The translations under genes and the position numbers were made by a program. Under the pieces are notes generated by a model. That model worked only from the letters and a program-made list of their open reading frames with translations. It did not search any database and had not been told where the DNA came from. This document shows, piece by piece, positions 1-9,538 of a stretch of DNA of 64,000 nt. Location: the NCBI GenBank assembly GCA_964610735.1, contig CAZSYH010000001.1, positions 24,642 through 88,641 of the forward strand, read 5' to 3'. Position 1 is the stretch's first letter; every line of letters starts with the position of its first letter. The stretch is from an uncultured Syntrophaceae bacterium. Its GTDB lineage: Bacteria; Desulfobacterota; Syntrophia; Syntrophales; UBA2210.

Positions 1-85
1 CTTTTACCAGTTTCGTCGCAATTAACTTTTCCAAAGATTTAGCTCTCTTGATTTTATAATTACTCAGGTTATTTCTTGTTGTCAT
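1..85 (-). CDS. lptB: probable LptB (LPS export ABC ATPase), N-terminal fragment running off the window
   Basis: An ATG at 85-83 overlaps the 3' end of lptA. Translation is MTTRNNLSNYKIKRAKSLEKLIATKLVK. Its position after lptC-lptA fits the conserved kdsC-lptC-lptA-lptB order. The fragment is too short to reach the Walker A motif. Confidence 0.35.
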   Translation of the reverse strand, partial: MTTRNNLSNYKIKRAKSLEKLIATKLVK

Positions 86-611
86 CCGGATAGATAGTAG
101 CCGTGACTCTTTCTCCGCCGGTGCCATCTACAACTCCCCTGTTTTCCTCCAGGAAAACGGTGATCCTGTCCCCCCTGACCACGTTGTCTCCCTCCCTCAT
201 TACGGCATTGCCCGTCATAATGATTCTTTGCTCCGCATTATAGAAAACGGCCTTGTCTCCGGTGACGATTTTTTTTTCCTTTTTTATGGTAACATTACCC
301 TTCAGCTCAACCCTCTCTATCTTCCCCACGCCCGTCGTTATGTCGGCGAGAGGTTCCCCTACACCTTCTTTCTTGTCATAGTAGATATACAGTTCATCTG
401 CATTTATTACCGTATCATTCTGGACAGCTACGACATTTCCGGAAAATAGAACAAGGCCCTTATCATCGTAAGCATCCAGCCGATCGGAGGTTATATGTAT
501 GGGACCTTTAGAATTTGTCTTTATGGGGCTTTCGGCCCCGCACACGCCCCCCGCCGCGGCAAGAGGGAGAATCACCACAAGAGCCAGCATCAGTAAGATT
601 TTTTTTCTCAT
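69..611 (-). CDS. lptA: LPS transport periplasmic protein LptA (OstA N-terminal-like)
   Basis: ORF 69..752. I prefer the ATG at 611 because it gives a classical signal peptide (MRKKILLMLALVVILPLAAAGG). The repetitive beta-jellyroll pattern (ITSDRLDAYD..., VELKGNVTI..., ITGDKAVFY..., GDRITVFL) is typical of LptA, and the gene follows lptC. Confidence 0.8.
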   Translation of the reverse strand: MRKKILLMLALVVILPLAAAGGVCGAESPIKTNSKGPIHITSDRLDAYDDKGLVLFSGNVVAVQNDTVINADELYIYYDKKEGVGEPLADITTGVGKIERVELKGNVTIKKEKKIVTGDKAVFYNAEQRIIMTGNAVMREGDNVVRGDRITVFLEENRGVVDGTGGERVTATIYPDDNKK

Positions 612-752
612 ATATTGCAAGTATCCAATCAAAATTATTTTCTGTGGGTCCAATCCCGACTCGTCGAGACTCCCTGCTATGTCTTCCTTTAGCTTACCCA
701 ATAAACTTTTTACTCGACCCCTCGAATCCTTGAACCCTTCTGGTAAGTACAA

Positions 753-1325
753 CTAATCGGGAGATGATCCGTTTTTTGTTATTGTCGCGCTGACATCGGA
801 TAACAGGGTTATTTTTTTGTTTCTCAGGGAGAGGTTCATGCCCACCCCTTTCACAGAGACACCGGGTTGTGCCATCTTTACCACATCTTTCGTATGGATC
901 GTTTCATTGCCATGTATATAATTCAGGCTGTCCGTCTCGAAACGACCCCCTTTATCCGATACGGCAACCACATTCCCAGATATATCCATATCTTTTGTAT
1001 CGGTATGTAAAGAGCCATTCTTACCCGTTATCGTATACATTTCACCATTGGAAAAAAATAATCTAACCTCAATCTTTTCAAAAAGAGTGATCTCCTCTTT
1101 CTTGATGTACCTGGCGGTATCTGCATTGATCTCCCATGTCAGATCAGGATCCCCCACCTCAGTATAGTGGAAATCCTTTATCTGAAGATCAATCTTCTCC
1201 GAAAGAACCTTCAGAACACCATGCTCCTCCTTGGGGGCAACGTAAAATATGTATAGAAACAACGCGCCAACAAGAAAAATGCATCCTCCAATGAGCAGTT
1301 TCTTTGCGGATATTTTCTTTAACAA
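753..1325 (-). CDS. lptC: LPS export system protein LptC
   Basis: 190 aa with a TTG start. A single N-terminal TM helix (LLIGGCIFLVGALFLYIFYV) precedes an OstA-like beta domain. The gene sits between kdsC and lptA. Confidence 0.7.
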   Translation of the reverse strand: MLKKISAKKLLIGGCIFLVGALFLYIFYVAPKEEHGVLKVLSEKIDLQIKDFHYTEVGDPDLTWEINADTARYIKKEEITLFEKIEVRLFFSNGEMYTITGKNGSLHTDTKDMDISGNVVAVSDKGGRFETDSLNYIHGNETIHTKDVVKMAQPGVSVKGVGMNLSLRNKKITLLSDVSATITKNGSSPD

Positions 1326-1438
1326 AGATTTAATCCAGGGAGATTTGTGAAATTTGACAAGTTTGTATCTCCAAAAATTCTCCCGAGTATTTTAGCAAGA
1401 AGTGTACCATCTAACCGCAGACATGTAAAGGGAAAGCC

Positions 1439-1978
1439 TCATTCTTCAACCCTCATCCCATATCTCGATGTTACATCACCCCATTCCCCCCGGGCGGTAA
1501 GGATCATCTCGCAGATTTCTCTCACTGCTCCGTTTCCCCCTTCCCTCACGGTAACGTAATCGGACTCTGCTTTGACATAATCGAGCGCGTCCGCAACAGC
1601 CGCCGAAAACCCCACCATTCTGAACACGGGAATATCCACTATGTCATCTCCCACATACGCAACGCACTCACCCGATAATCCCCTTGTATCAAGTATCTCT
1701 CCCAGCTCTTTTGCCTTGTCTTTTACGCCCTGATAAACATCCTTGATTCCAAGTTCATCAGCACGATGTTTTACCACTTTCGACTCCCTACCCGTCAGGA
1801 AAACAACATCAACGCCGCTTCTCATCAGAAGTTTCAGCCCGTGCCCGTCTCTGACGTTGAAGTTTTTAGATTCGTTCCCAAGGTCATCAATAATTATTTT
1901 CCCGTCGGTCAGCACACCATCAACATCCAATATCAGTAGAACAACCATCTTGAGCTTTTCAGACAAAGATTTCCCCAT
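1439..1978 (-). CDS. kdsC: 3-deoxy-D-manno-octulosonate 8-phosphate phosphatase KdsC (HAD family)
   Basis: Carries the HAD motif LILDVDGVLTDG, plus GLKLLMRSGV..VFLTGR and YVGDDIVD. It lies directly downstream of kdsA. Confidence 0.85.
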   Translation of the reverse strand: MGKSLSEKLKMVVLLILDVDGVLTDGKIIIDDLGNESKNFNVRDGHGLKLLMRSGVDVVFLTGRESKVVKHRADELGIKDVYQGVKDKAKELGEILDTRGLSGECVAYVGDDIVDIPVFRMVGFSAAVADALDYVKAESDYVTVREGGNGAVREICEMILTARGEWGDVTSRYGMRVEE

Positions 1979-1992
1979 AATTTATCCTTCTT

Positions 1993-2826
1993 TCAACTTT
2001 TATCGGTTTTAACGATCCTGTCTATTTTTTTAAGCATTCCGAGAAGACCCGGAAGTGAATCCAGATGAAGAGAATTGGGACCGTCACACAGGGCGCATTC
2101 GGGATCCGGATGCACTTCTAGGAATAATCCGTCAATTCCCGTGGCAACCGCCGCGCGTGCCAGATAAGCCGCCATTTCCCTGTTACCTCCAGACGAATCA
2201 CCAGCCCCACCCGGAAGCTGTACGCTGTGTGTGGCATCAAAAACTACAGGATATCCCATTCCCCTCAATATGGGAAGCGACCTCATGTCGGCAACAAGGT
2301 TGTTGTAGCCAAAGTTTACTCCCCTCTCTGTAATCATTATGTTTTTATTCCCCGTGGAGGTTATCTTGTCTAATATATTTGAGACATCCCACGGAGCGAT
2401 AAACTGGCCCTTTTTGACATTGATTATTCCGGCAGTCCTGGCAACTTCCACTACAAAATCCGTCTGTCTGCACAAAAATGCCGGAATTTGCATTACATCC
2501 AAGACCTTTGATGCCTCTTCAATCTCCTCAAATCGGTGGACATCAGAAAGAATGGGAACCCCTAACTCCTCCCTGATTCCCCTGAGTATGTCAAGGCCTT
2601 CTTTCAGACCGGGACCCCTGAAAGAGTTCATGGAGCTTCGATTCGCCTTGTCATAGGACGCCTTGAAGATAAAGGGGATATCAAGCTCCCCAGCAAGGTC
2701 CTTCAGGTACAAAGCTATTTTTTCCGTCTTTACGCCATCTTCTATAACGCATGGACCTGAAATCAGCACAAAGGGGGCATTTCCACCGATAACCATGTTC
2801 CCCAGAATAATCTGTTCCATTTTCAT
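1993..2826 (-). CDS. kdsA: 2-dehydro-3-deoxyphosphooctonate aldolase (KDO-8-P synthase) KdsA
   Basis: 277 aa with characteristic PFVLISGPCVIE, FKASYDKANRSS and FDATHSVQLPGG motifs. Confidence 0.95.
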   Translation of the reverse strand: MKMEQIILGNMVIGGNAPFVLISGPCVIEDGVKTEKIALYLKDLAGELDIPFIFKASYDKANRSSMNSFRGPGLKEGLDILRGIREELGVPILSDVHRFEEIEEASKVLDVMQIPAFLCRQTDFVVEVARTAGIINVKKGQFIAPWDVSNILDKITSTGNKNIMITERGVNFGYNNLVADMRSLPILRGMGYPVVFDATHSVQLPGGAGDSSGGNREMAAYLARAAVATGIDGLFLEVHPDPECALCDGPNSLHLDSLPGLLGMLKKIDRIVKTDKS

Positions 2827-2839
2827 TACCCCTTTCTAT

Positions 2840-4834
2840 CTACTGATGCTTCTTCTGCAGCATCCGAATCTTCATACGCGGTATCTTGCGCGCCGCTTGG
2901 TTCGAATCAGGATTAACCTGATATGCATTTGTATATTCCCTGAGCGCATCTTCATACATACCCTTCTTTTCGTAGGCCTCGCCCAGCCGGCAATATACCA
3001 CATCGTCTTCACTATCGTAACGGATAGAGGCCTTGTAGTTGGCGATCGCCTTGTCTGTATCCCCCTTCAAGCCGAAGGCATACCCTATACCCGAATATAA
3101 CCCTGCCGCTCTGGGGTTAATCTTGATCATTTTTCTGTAGGCACTTATGGCCTTGTCGTATTGTTTCTCTTCCATGTAATAATTCGCCAATATGGTCAGT
3201 ACCTCCATAGTGGGCTTGAGCGAAGCAAACTTTTCATATTCGGAGACTGCCTTTTTCCTCTCTCCGATCTTGTCATACGCGAAGGCAAGATTATAGTGGA
3301 TATATTCGCCCTTCGCGCCATGCTTTATGGCCTTTTCATAATTAGCGCCAGACTCTTTATATTTCTTTAATTCTCCATACGCGAAACCGGCCTTTTCGTA
3401 TATGGATGCATCTTTGGGCTGGGCCTTTGCCACTTTCTCATATAGGGCTACCGCCCTGTCATAGTCTTTTTGCATCAGGTAATACTCGGCGAGCCGGAGC
3501 CTGGCATCCGCGTCACCGGGTTTGAGCTTCAGCACTTTCCGATATTCCTGAGCCGCCTTGTCATACAGTTTTTCCTTCTCGTACGCCATGGCGAGGTTGA
3601 AATGTATTGCAGGGTCTTTGGGCCTGAGGGAGATGGCCTTCTTGTAATTCGCTATCTCTTTTGCCATAAGTCCCTTGTTTCCGTATGCAAATCCTATATT
3701 AGCATATGCGGAGGCGTTTCCCGGCTGTTTTTCTATAACTTTTCTATATAGATCTATCGCGTCATCATACCTGCCTGCTCTGAGCCAGGCATCTGAGAGA
3801 GCGATCATAACATTCACATCACCCGGCATTTTTTTCAAAACTTGTTCATATTGCGCAATCGCATCCTTGTCCCTGCCCATCTTTTCATACGCCTCAGCCA
3901 GGTTATAACGAACGGTGGTGCTGTCGGGGTTGAGCTCGAGCGAAGCCGTACAGTTGGCAGCCGCCCTGTCCCAGTTTCCCAATCGCGCATAGGAATAAGC
4001 GATATTCGCATAGGCAATATCATCTTTAGGGTCGATTTTGATGATTTCCCGATGAATGTCTATGGCTTTCTCATACTGTTTTGCGCGTATGTATATCTTC
4101 GAGAGCTCTATAAGAGAGCCCAGATCACCGGGTTCTTGTTTTAATATCTTTTTGTATTCCAGGATTCCCTTATCGGTCATCCCAGAATTTATATACAGTT
4201 TCGCCAGCATCTTGCGCGCGTTTATGTCATCTTTTTTCATGCTGACGGCACGTTCAAGATAATCTATTTGGGATTTTTCCGTTTTAGACCCCTTCGCAAA
4301 TCTCAACCAGTCCTGGGGCGTAATCACTACATCTATCGGGATGGATGTGATGATCTTACCCCGATACAGGATATTGATTCCGAAAGTCTTGCTGTCATCC
4401 ACTATCTTTCTGTCAACCAGCTCAACTCCATTTAACAGCGCCTCTAGGTCGTTTGAGGTTCCCATTCCCTCGACATCAACCGTAATACCCCGATTAAAGA
4501 GAGCGTTCGTATCTACTTTCTTTATGACAAATTCATCACGATACGAGATCTCGAACCGGTCTCCTTCCTTTAACACATAGTCCTTTCCATTCTTTTCGAT
4601 ATCGATATAGCGGGTCTGGGGAGTTTTCCCAGCAACAGCAACAAGAATAGTGTCTTTCATCCTCGACAACCAGGAGAAACCTCCAAGATTTGTTTCCAGT
4701 GCGCTGAATACAACGCCAACAATAAAAGCCGCCAGCACGACAAGAACTATCCCCCAGAAAGGAAATCTATTTCCTCCTCTTCGGGGTTCTCTGGTTTCTT
4801 TCTTCTTCTCTATAGAGCTGCGATAGTAGTCCAT
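2840..4834 (-). CDS. membrane-anchored tetratricopeptide (TPR) repeat protein
   Basis: 664 aa. An N-terminal TM helix (FPFWGIVLVVLAAFIVGVVFSAL) is followed by about 12 recognisable 34-aa TPR units with repeated A..Y......Y..A...Y.K...L.P patterns. Confidence 0.8.
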   Translation of the reverse strand: MDYYRSSIEKKKETREPRRGGNRFPFWGIVLVVLAAFIVGVVFSALETNLGGFSWLSRMKDTILVAVAGKTPQTRYIDIEKNGKDYVLKEGDRFEISYRDEFVIKKVDTNALFNRGITVDVEGMGTSNDLEALLNGVELVDRKIVDDSKTFGINILYRGKIITSIPIDVVITPQDWLRFAKGSKTEKSQIDYLERAVSMKKDDINARKMLAKLYINSGMTDKGILEYKKILKQEPGDLGSLIELSKIYIRAKQYEKAIDIHREIIKIDPKDDIAYANIAYSYARLGNWDRAAANCTASLELNPDSTTVRYNLAEAYEKMGRDKDAIAQYEQVLKKMPGDVNVMIALSDAWLRAGRYDDAIDLYRKVIEKQPGNASAYANIGFAYGNKGLMAKEIANYKKAISLRPKDPAIHFNLAMAYEKEKLYDKAAQEYRKVLKLKPGDADARLRLAEYYLMQKDYDRAVALYEKVAKAQPKDASIYEKAGFAYGELKKYKESGANYEKAIKHGAKGEYIHYNLAFAYDKIGERKKAVSEYEKFASLKPTMEVLTILANYYMEEKQYDKAISAYRKMIKINPRAAGLYSGIGYAFGLKGDTDKAIANYKASIRYDSEDDVVYCRLGEAYEKKGMYEDALREYTNAYQVNPDSNQAARKIPRMKIRMLQKKHQ

Positions 4835-4836
4835 CC

Positions 4837-5724
4837 CTATCCTCTTGGATGATATTTCCTGTGAATCTCCTTCAATCTCTCACGAGTGACATGCGTGTAG
4901 ATCTGTGTGGTAGATATATCGGCGTGACCGAGCATCACTTGCACAGAGCGCAAATCAGCTCCTCCCTCCAGAAGGTGTGTCGCGAAAGAATGCCTGAATG
5001 TATGAGGGTAAACATTCTTTCGCAATCCGGTTTTCCTAACATATTTTTTCACAATCTTCCAGAACCCCTGACGTGTCAGGCCTGTTCCGGATCTATTCAG
5101 GAAAATGGCGTTTATCGATCTTCCCTTAGACAATTTACGTCTTGAGCTTTCGATATACCGGTTCAGGCAGTCAAAAGCCATCCTTCCAATCGGAACAATC
5201 CTCTCCTTGTTTCCCTTTCCCACAACGATGAGATAACCCGCCTGCCAGTTTATGCTGCTCATGGACAGAGAAATCAGTTCCGACACGCGAATCCCCGTCG
5301 CGTACAAAAGTTCCAGCATGGCGGTATCTCTTACAGCAAGCGGTGTTTTTGTGCCGGGCTGCTTTAAGAGAAGGGCCATTTCTTCCCTGCTTAGTGTGTC
5401 GGGAAGACGCATCCACACCTTTGCCAGTTCGATGTTGGCCACAGGATTTTCATCAATAACTTTTTCGGTCAGGAGATACCCGTAAAATCCCCTGATAGCC
5501 GCGAGCGACCGGTTGATGGAACTGGCAACCAGCCCGCCCCCCTTCAGATTTCCGAGAAACGAGATAACATTGTCGGAAGAGATCTCCCCGATATCCTTAA
5601 TGCCCACCTGTTCTACAAACTCCACATACCGGTTCAGGTCCCTGCTGTACGCCTCCAGGGTATTAAGAGAAACGCCCTTTTCAACTGCGAGAAAATTAAG
5701 GTATCCATCAACATGTAGATACAT
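4837..5724 (-). CDS. xerD: tyrosine site-specific recombinase XerD
   Basis: The ATG at 5724 is preceded by a GAGGTGG Shine-Dalgarno (SD) sequence. N-terminal SAM-like domain (LAVEKGVSLNTLEAYSRDL). Catalytic motifs ATGIRVSEL, HTFRHSFATHLLEGGADLRSVQVMLGHADISTTQIYTHV. Size and C-terminus are typical of chromosomal XerD. Confidence 0.85.
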   Translation of the reverse strand: MYLHVDGYLNFLAVEKGVSLNTLEAYSRDLNRYVEFVEQVGIKDIGEISSDNVISFLGNLKGGGLVASSINRSLAAIRGFYGYLLTEKVIDENPVANIELAKVWMRLPDTLSREEMALLLKQPGTKTPLAVRDTAMLELLYATGIRVSELISLSMSSINWQAGYLIVVGKGNKERIVPIGRMAFDCLNRYIESSRRKLSKGRSINAIFLNRSGTGLTRQGFWKIVKKYVRKTGLRKNVYPHTFRHSFATHLLEGGADLRSVQVMLGHADISTTQIYTHVTRERLKEIHRKYHPRG

Positions 5725-5906
5725 GAATTCCACCTCATTAAATACTGGCAAAAGTCTAAAAGATACCCGTCGGGATTGCAAGCATCATCTTCGCGAAACG
5801 ACAAGGCATGATGGAAGATTTTTGATTTTATGTGCTCATTGATGTATTCATAACAACAGACAGGCGTATGGTGTGCCTTTCATCAAGCTCCACAGAAAGC
5901 TCTCCT

Positions 5907-7136
5907 ATGGCGAATAACGAAAAATCCTTCGAGATAATGGCAAAGCCCTGCGGGCCGTTGTGCAATCTTGACTGCGTTTACTGCTTTTACAGCTGTAAAA
6001 AGGATGGGTGTGATCCTTCACACAACTGGAAGATGGACGGTGAGACCCTGGAAATTTTTGTAAGAGATTACATCCGGTCCCGCCCCTGGGAATATCCCGT
6101 TCAATTTGTATGGCAGGGAGGAGAACCCTGTCTGATGGGCCTTGATTTTTTCAGAAAAGCGGTGGAACTGCAGGAAAAATATAAGAAGCCCGGCCAGGAA
6201 ATAACAAATGCCTTTCAGACCAACGCCACCCTGATAGATTCGAAATGGGCAGAGTTCTTCAGAAAAAACAATTTTCTGATCGGTGTAAGCATCGACGGCC
6301 CTGAGGATATCCACAACCGCTACAGAGTTGACAGCTCGGGCCGGGGCTCCTTTGGCAGTGTTATGGCCGGGGTAGAAAACCTCAGGAAACACAACGTGGA
6401 TTACAATGCTCTTGTATGTATAACAAACATCAGCTCGGAAGATCCGCTTGATATCTACGATTTCCTGAAGGAACACTTTAACTTTATCCAGTTTATCCCC
6501 GTGGTGGAAGAAAGGGATTTCAAGAAGGAGGCCCCCTTTCAGAAGAACGCAGAAAAATGGACCGTAAATAAAGGCAGAAAATATTTGGATATTGTAACAG
6601 AATGGAGTGTGACGCCGGAGGGATTCGGCACGTTTCTCAACAGGATTTTTGACAGCTGGGTGCAAAATGATGTTGGACGGGTCTTTGTCCAGATCTTCGA
6701 TTATACGCTCGCAAACTGGATGGGCTATCCCGCCGCGTTGTGTGTTTTTAACAGGACATGCGGGAGGGCACTGGTACTGGAGCACAACGGAGATATCTAC
6801 GCCTGCGATCACTTTGTCTATCCGGAATACAAGCTCGGCAACATAAAAGAAATGCCCCTTGCCGAACTTGCAAGGTCAAATCCTCAGATCAGGTTCGGGA
6901 ATGACAAATGGGAAAGACTGTCGGGAGAGTGCAGGGATTGCGAATATCTCAGCCTCTGCTTCGGCGGATGCCCGAGGAACAGATTTGTCTTCACCACAGG
7001 GGGAGAAAGAGAGCTGAACTATCTCTGCGAAGGTTATCGCTCATTTTTCAGCCATACATCAAAGGCCATGAAGTTTATGGCAAACGAACTGATCAACCAC
7101 AGACCGGCATCCAATATCATGAAGATATCCGGATAG
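5907..7136 (+). CDS. anaerobic sulfatase-maturating enzyme (radical SAM/SPASM, anSME)
   Basis: Radical SAM motif CNLDCVYCFY (CX3CX2C). C-terminal Cys-rich SPASM region (CRDCEYLSLCFGGCPRNR). It lies convergent to a Cys-type sulfatase. Start chosen at MANNEK (5907); the ORF opens at 5832. Confidence 0.85.
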   Translation: MANNEKSFEIMAKPCGPLCNLDCVYCFYSCKKDGCDPSHNWKMDGETLEIFVRDYIRSRPWEYPVQFVWQGGEPCLMGLDFFRKAVELQEKYKKPGQEITNAFQTNATLIDSKWAEFFRKNNFLIGVSIDGPEDIHNRYRVDSSGRGSFGSVMAGVENLRKHNVDYNALVCITNISSEDPLDIYDFLKEHFNFIQFIPVVEERDFKKEAPFQKNAEKWTVNKGRKYLDIVTEWSVTPEGFGTFLNRIFDSWVQNDVGRVFVQIFDYTLANWMGYPAALCVFNRTCGRALVLEHNGDIYACDHFVYPEYKLGNIKEMPLAELARSNPQIRFGNDKWERLSGECRDCEYLSLCFGGCPRNRFVFTTGGERELNYLCEGYRSFFSHTSKAMKFMANELINHRPASNIMKISG

Positions 7137-7139
7137 CGC

Positions 7140-8552
7140 CTACATGCCGGGAACACCTGTCTCCTTCTTGAGCCTTATCAATTCCTCCTTCAATCGCGGA
7201 AGTATACTGCCCGCCAGATCGGTATCATAAAGATCCTTCTTCTCTTTGGGATCAGATAAAATATTGTAAAGTTCCGGTGGATAGCATCCGCTTTGATACT
7301 CGATATATTTGTAGTCTCTGGTACGAAGGGCATACATTTGGGGCACAGTGTAAGGAAAATCGACAAAATATTCATAAAGCCACGATTTTCTCCACGGTAT
7401 ATCCTGCGATACAAGGAGAGAAGCGATACTCGTTCCCTGCATGTTCCCCGGCACCCTGAGCCCTGCCAATTCCAGCACAGTGGGCGCCAGGTCGATATTC
7501 AACACCATCTGAGACAGCCTCCGGCCCGGATTACTAATAAGTTTAGGATAGCGGACTATGAAGGGAACACGTATAACCTCCTCGTAGGCAAATCGCTTGT
7601 CTACAAGGCGATGTTCCCCCCAGTATATCCCGTTATCCCCGGCGTATATCACAACGGTATCATCGGCAATCCCGGCGGCATCAAGATAATCGAGAATGCG
7701 GCCTACCTCCCTGTCTATTTCAAGGATGGTCTCACAGTATCCCCGGTACATCTGTTTCAGGCCACCAAATGTCCCATAAATGATGTGGTTGTCTACAAGT
7801 CCGATCCAGTTATCCGCTTCCGGCGGCAGGTGAAGGTCGGCTATATTACTATACGTACCCTTCAGATCCCTCGGAGGCAGCCAGCGGTGGTGAACCGCCT
7901 TCATAGAGAGATACAGGCAGAACGGATTGTTCCTCTTCTGCTTTATAAAATCTAGAGCATAATCGGTCAGCTCCTCCGTTATATATTCCTTTCTGGAAGG
8001 GGTATTAACACCATCCACTATCAGTGGGCAGTTAAAATATCTGCCCTGCCCTCTCTGAATGGTAAAGGAGATAAACCTGTCCACACCCCTAAGATCCGGC
8101 AGCCCTTTGCCAGGCATGTGCCATTTACCGATGAATGCCGTGTCATAGCCTCCTCTTTTCAACAATTCAAGGAAGGTAACGTTTTCATTGCTCCAGGGGG
8201 TTATATTATTTTTCACCCCATGGGTATGGGCATACTGGCCGGTGAGGAAACTCGCCCTGCTGGGACTACATAGAGAGGACGTAACAAATGCATTTTCGCA
8301 AAGGGTTCCTTCATTCGCCATCCTGTCAAGATTGGGTGTTTTAAGGAAGGGATGGCCCATACAGCTCATATGATCCCAGCGGTGATCGTCACTCAGAATA
8401 AAGATTATATTGGGCTTTCCGACCGGAGCGGAAAAGGCACTCATTGGAAAAGATATGTCCAGCATCCCCGCAACCGCCATGCCTCCCAGAATTTCGAGAA
8501 TCTCCCTTCGGGAAATGTTCCTTTCGAACAGATTGTCTTCAAACGACGCCAT
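7140..8552 (-). CDS. Cys-type sulfatase (arylsulfatase / glycosaminoglycan-sulfatase family) with Tat-like signal
   Basis: FGly signature SSLCSPSRASFLTGQ (C-x-P-x-R). N-terminal PNIIFILSDDHRWD metal-binding motif. The leader has SRREIL followed by a hydrophobic stretch and AFSA. Confidence 0.9.
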   Translation of the reverse strand: MASFEDNLFERNISRREILEILGGMAVAGMLDISFPMSAFSAPVGKPNIIFILSDDHRWDHMSCMGHPFLKTPNLDRMANEGTLCENAFVTSSLCSPSRASFLTGQYAHTHGVKNNITPWSNENVTFLELLKRGGYDTAFIGKWHMPGKGLPDLRGVDRFISFTIQRGQGRYFNCPLIVDGVNTPSRKEYITEELTDYALDFIKQKRNNPFCLYLSMKAVHHRWLPPRDLKGTYSNIADLHLPPEADNWIGLVDNHIIYGTFGGLKQMYRGYCETILEIDREVGRILDYLDAAGIADDTVVIYAGDNGIYWGEHRLVDKRFAYEEVIRVPFIVRYPKLISNPGRRLSQMVLNIDLAPTVLELAGLRVPGNMQGTSIASLLVSQDIPWRKSWLYEYFVDFPYTVPQMYALRTRDYKYIEYQSGCYPPELYNILSDPKEKKDLYDTDLAGSILPRLKEELIRLKKETGVPGM

Positions 8553-8583
8553 GCCTGGTTCCCTCCTTTAAATACTTCCCGGA

Positions 8584-9147
8584 TCAGTAGAAGAACGCGG
8601 TATATATATCCACAAATATATAAAACAAAAAGGTTCCCCCATTCCAGAGAGCAACCGGCACAATAATAACACCTGCAAGGAGCATGACCACAAGGGAGGG
8701 CTGAACAACCCTTTCCGGTGTCGGGGCTTTTTCCCTGTACGCCAGTCTGCATACAATCTCGGAAATGCCCATATCAAGTAAAGCAACTCCTATAACCCCC
8801 ACAACCAGGGGGTGAAAACACCAGTAGACCAGTTCCCATCCTGAATATACGCACCCGGCACCGTATACCATCTTTGCCGACCAGATCAGAGGGGTAATCA
8901 ATCCCGCCAGTACCCTCTCCCTCATGCTTGCGCCCGCTCTGTAGGCGAGGGGATGAGCGATAAAGGCGCCAAGCCATATACTGATGAACATGAAAAGGGC
9001 TGATATATTGGATATTATCCGGCTCAGGCCCGGATAGTTAATACCTATGGCGGGGCATATATTATAGACATTGATCGACAGGATCATCAGGAGCATTACA
9101 ATGCCCCCGGGAACCAGAACTCTCTTATAAAACGTCTTTTGCGCCAT
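8584..9147 (-). CDS. polytopic membrane protein of unknown function (5-6 predicted TM helices)
   Basis: 187 aa. The ATG is preceded by a GGAGG SD. The protein is almost entirely hydrophobic segments. It ends 31 nt upstream of the sulfatase start on the same strand. Confidence 0.6.
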   Translation of the reverse strand: MAQKTFYKRVLVPGGIVMLLMILSINVYNICPAIGINYPGLSRIISNISALFMFISIWLGAFIAHPLAYRAGASMRERVLAGLITPLIWSAKMVYGAGCVYSGWELVYWCFHPLVVGVIGVALLDMGISEIVCRLAYREKAPTPERVVQPSLVVMLLAGVIIVPVALWNGGTFLFYIFVDIYTAFFY

Positions 9148-9538
9148 GATAAGATTCCTCCATTAATTCAGATATCAAAGAAAGTCTTAAAAAGGAGCGA
9201 AAACCGAATCGATTATGTTTGCTTGTAGACCGGGCGTCCGATTCTGTCAAGTATTATAAAGATATGCCACATCCTGTCAGGCAGTCTGAAATTTCGTGAG
9301 GAGATTGGCAATTTCGCAAAAATCAAAATTGATGGCAAAGTAAAAAACTTCAAGAAAATACTGCAACACGCAGAGAAGTTAGGCTTGACCTTTCATTGCA
9401 ACCAGTGTAGATGATTTTTGGTGAATTTGCACATAATATCAAGATATATGCATGACAGACACGAAGATTATACGCGATTTCCTGATTGAGGTCTCATGTT
9501 TTTTATTATGTGAATAAAATTTAAGGAGAAAGAAGTTT

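Noticed and set aside
2888-2912. GGTTCGAATC, identical to a tRNA T-loop consensus
   Set aside because: It lies inside the TPR protein CDS. The flanking bases cannot form a T-stem or the rest of a cloverleaf, so it is coincidental.
4837-5781. Tyrosine recombinase as a possible integrase marking a mobile element
   Set aside because: The sequence has the full XerD-type signature and length. It is embedded in an operon-like arrangement with housekeeping genes (2-nt gap to the TPR gene, then kdsA). I found no att-like repeats, tRNA gene or phage/IS genes nearby.
6018-7955. 264-aa minus-strand ORF (6018-6812) and 220-aa plus-strand ORF (7293-7955)
   Set aside because: They are antisense to the anSME and sulfatase genes respectively, both of which have diagnostic motifs in the annotated frames.
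9306-9318. Sigma54-like TGGCA-N-GCA motif; a similar TGGCAG...GCC near 20093-20106 and TGGCAGGGAATATGT near 31628-31642 (minus strand)
   Set aside because: The GG-to-GC spacing is wrong (9 or 11 nt rather than 12 from first G to G), or the -12 element is TGT rather than TGC. None fits the consensus TGGCACG-N4-TTGC.
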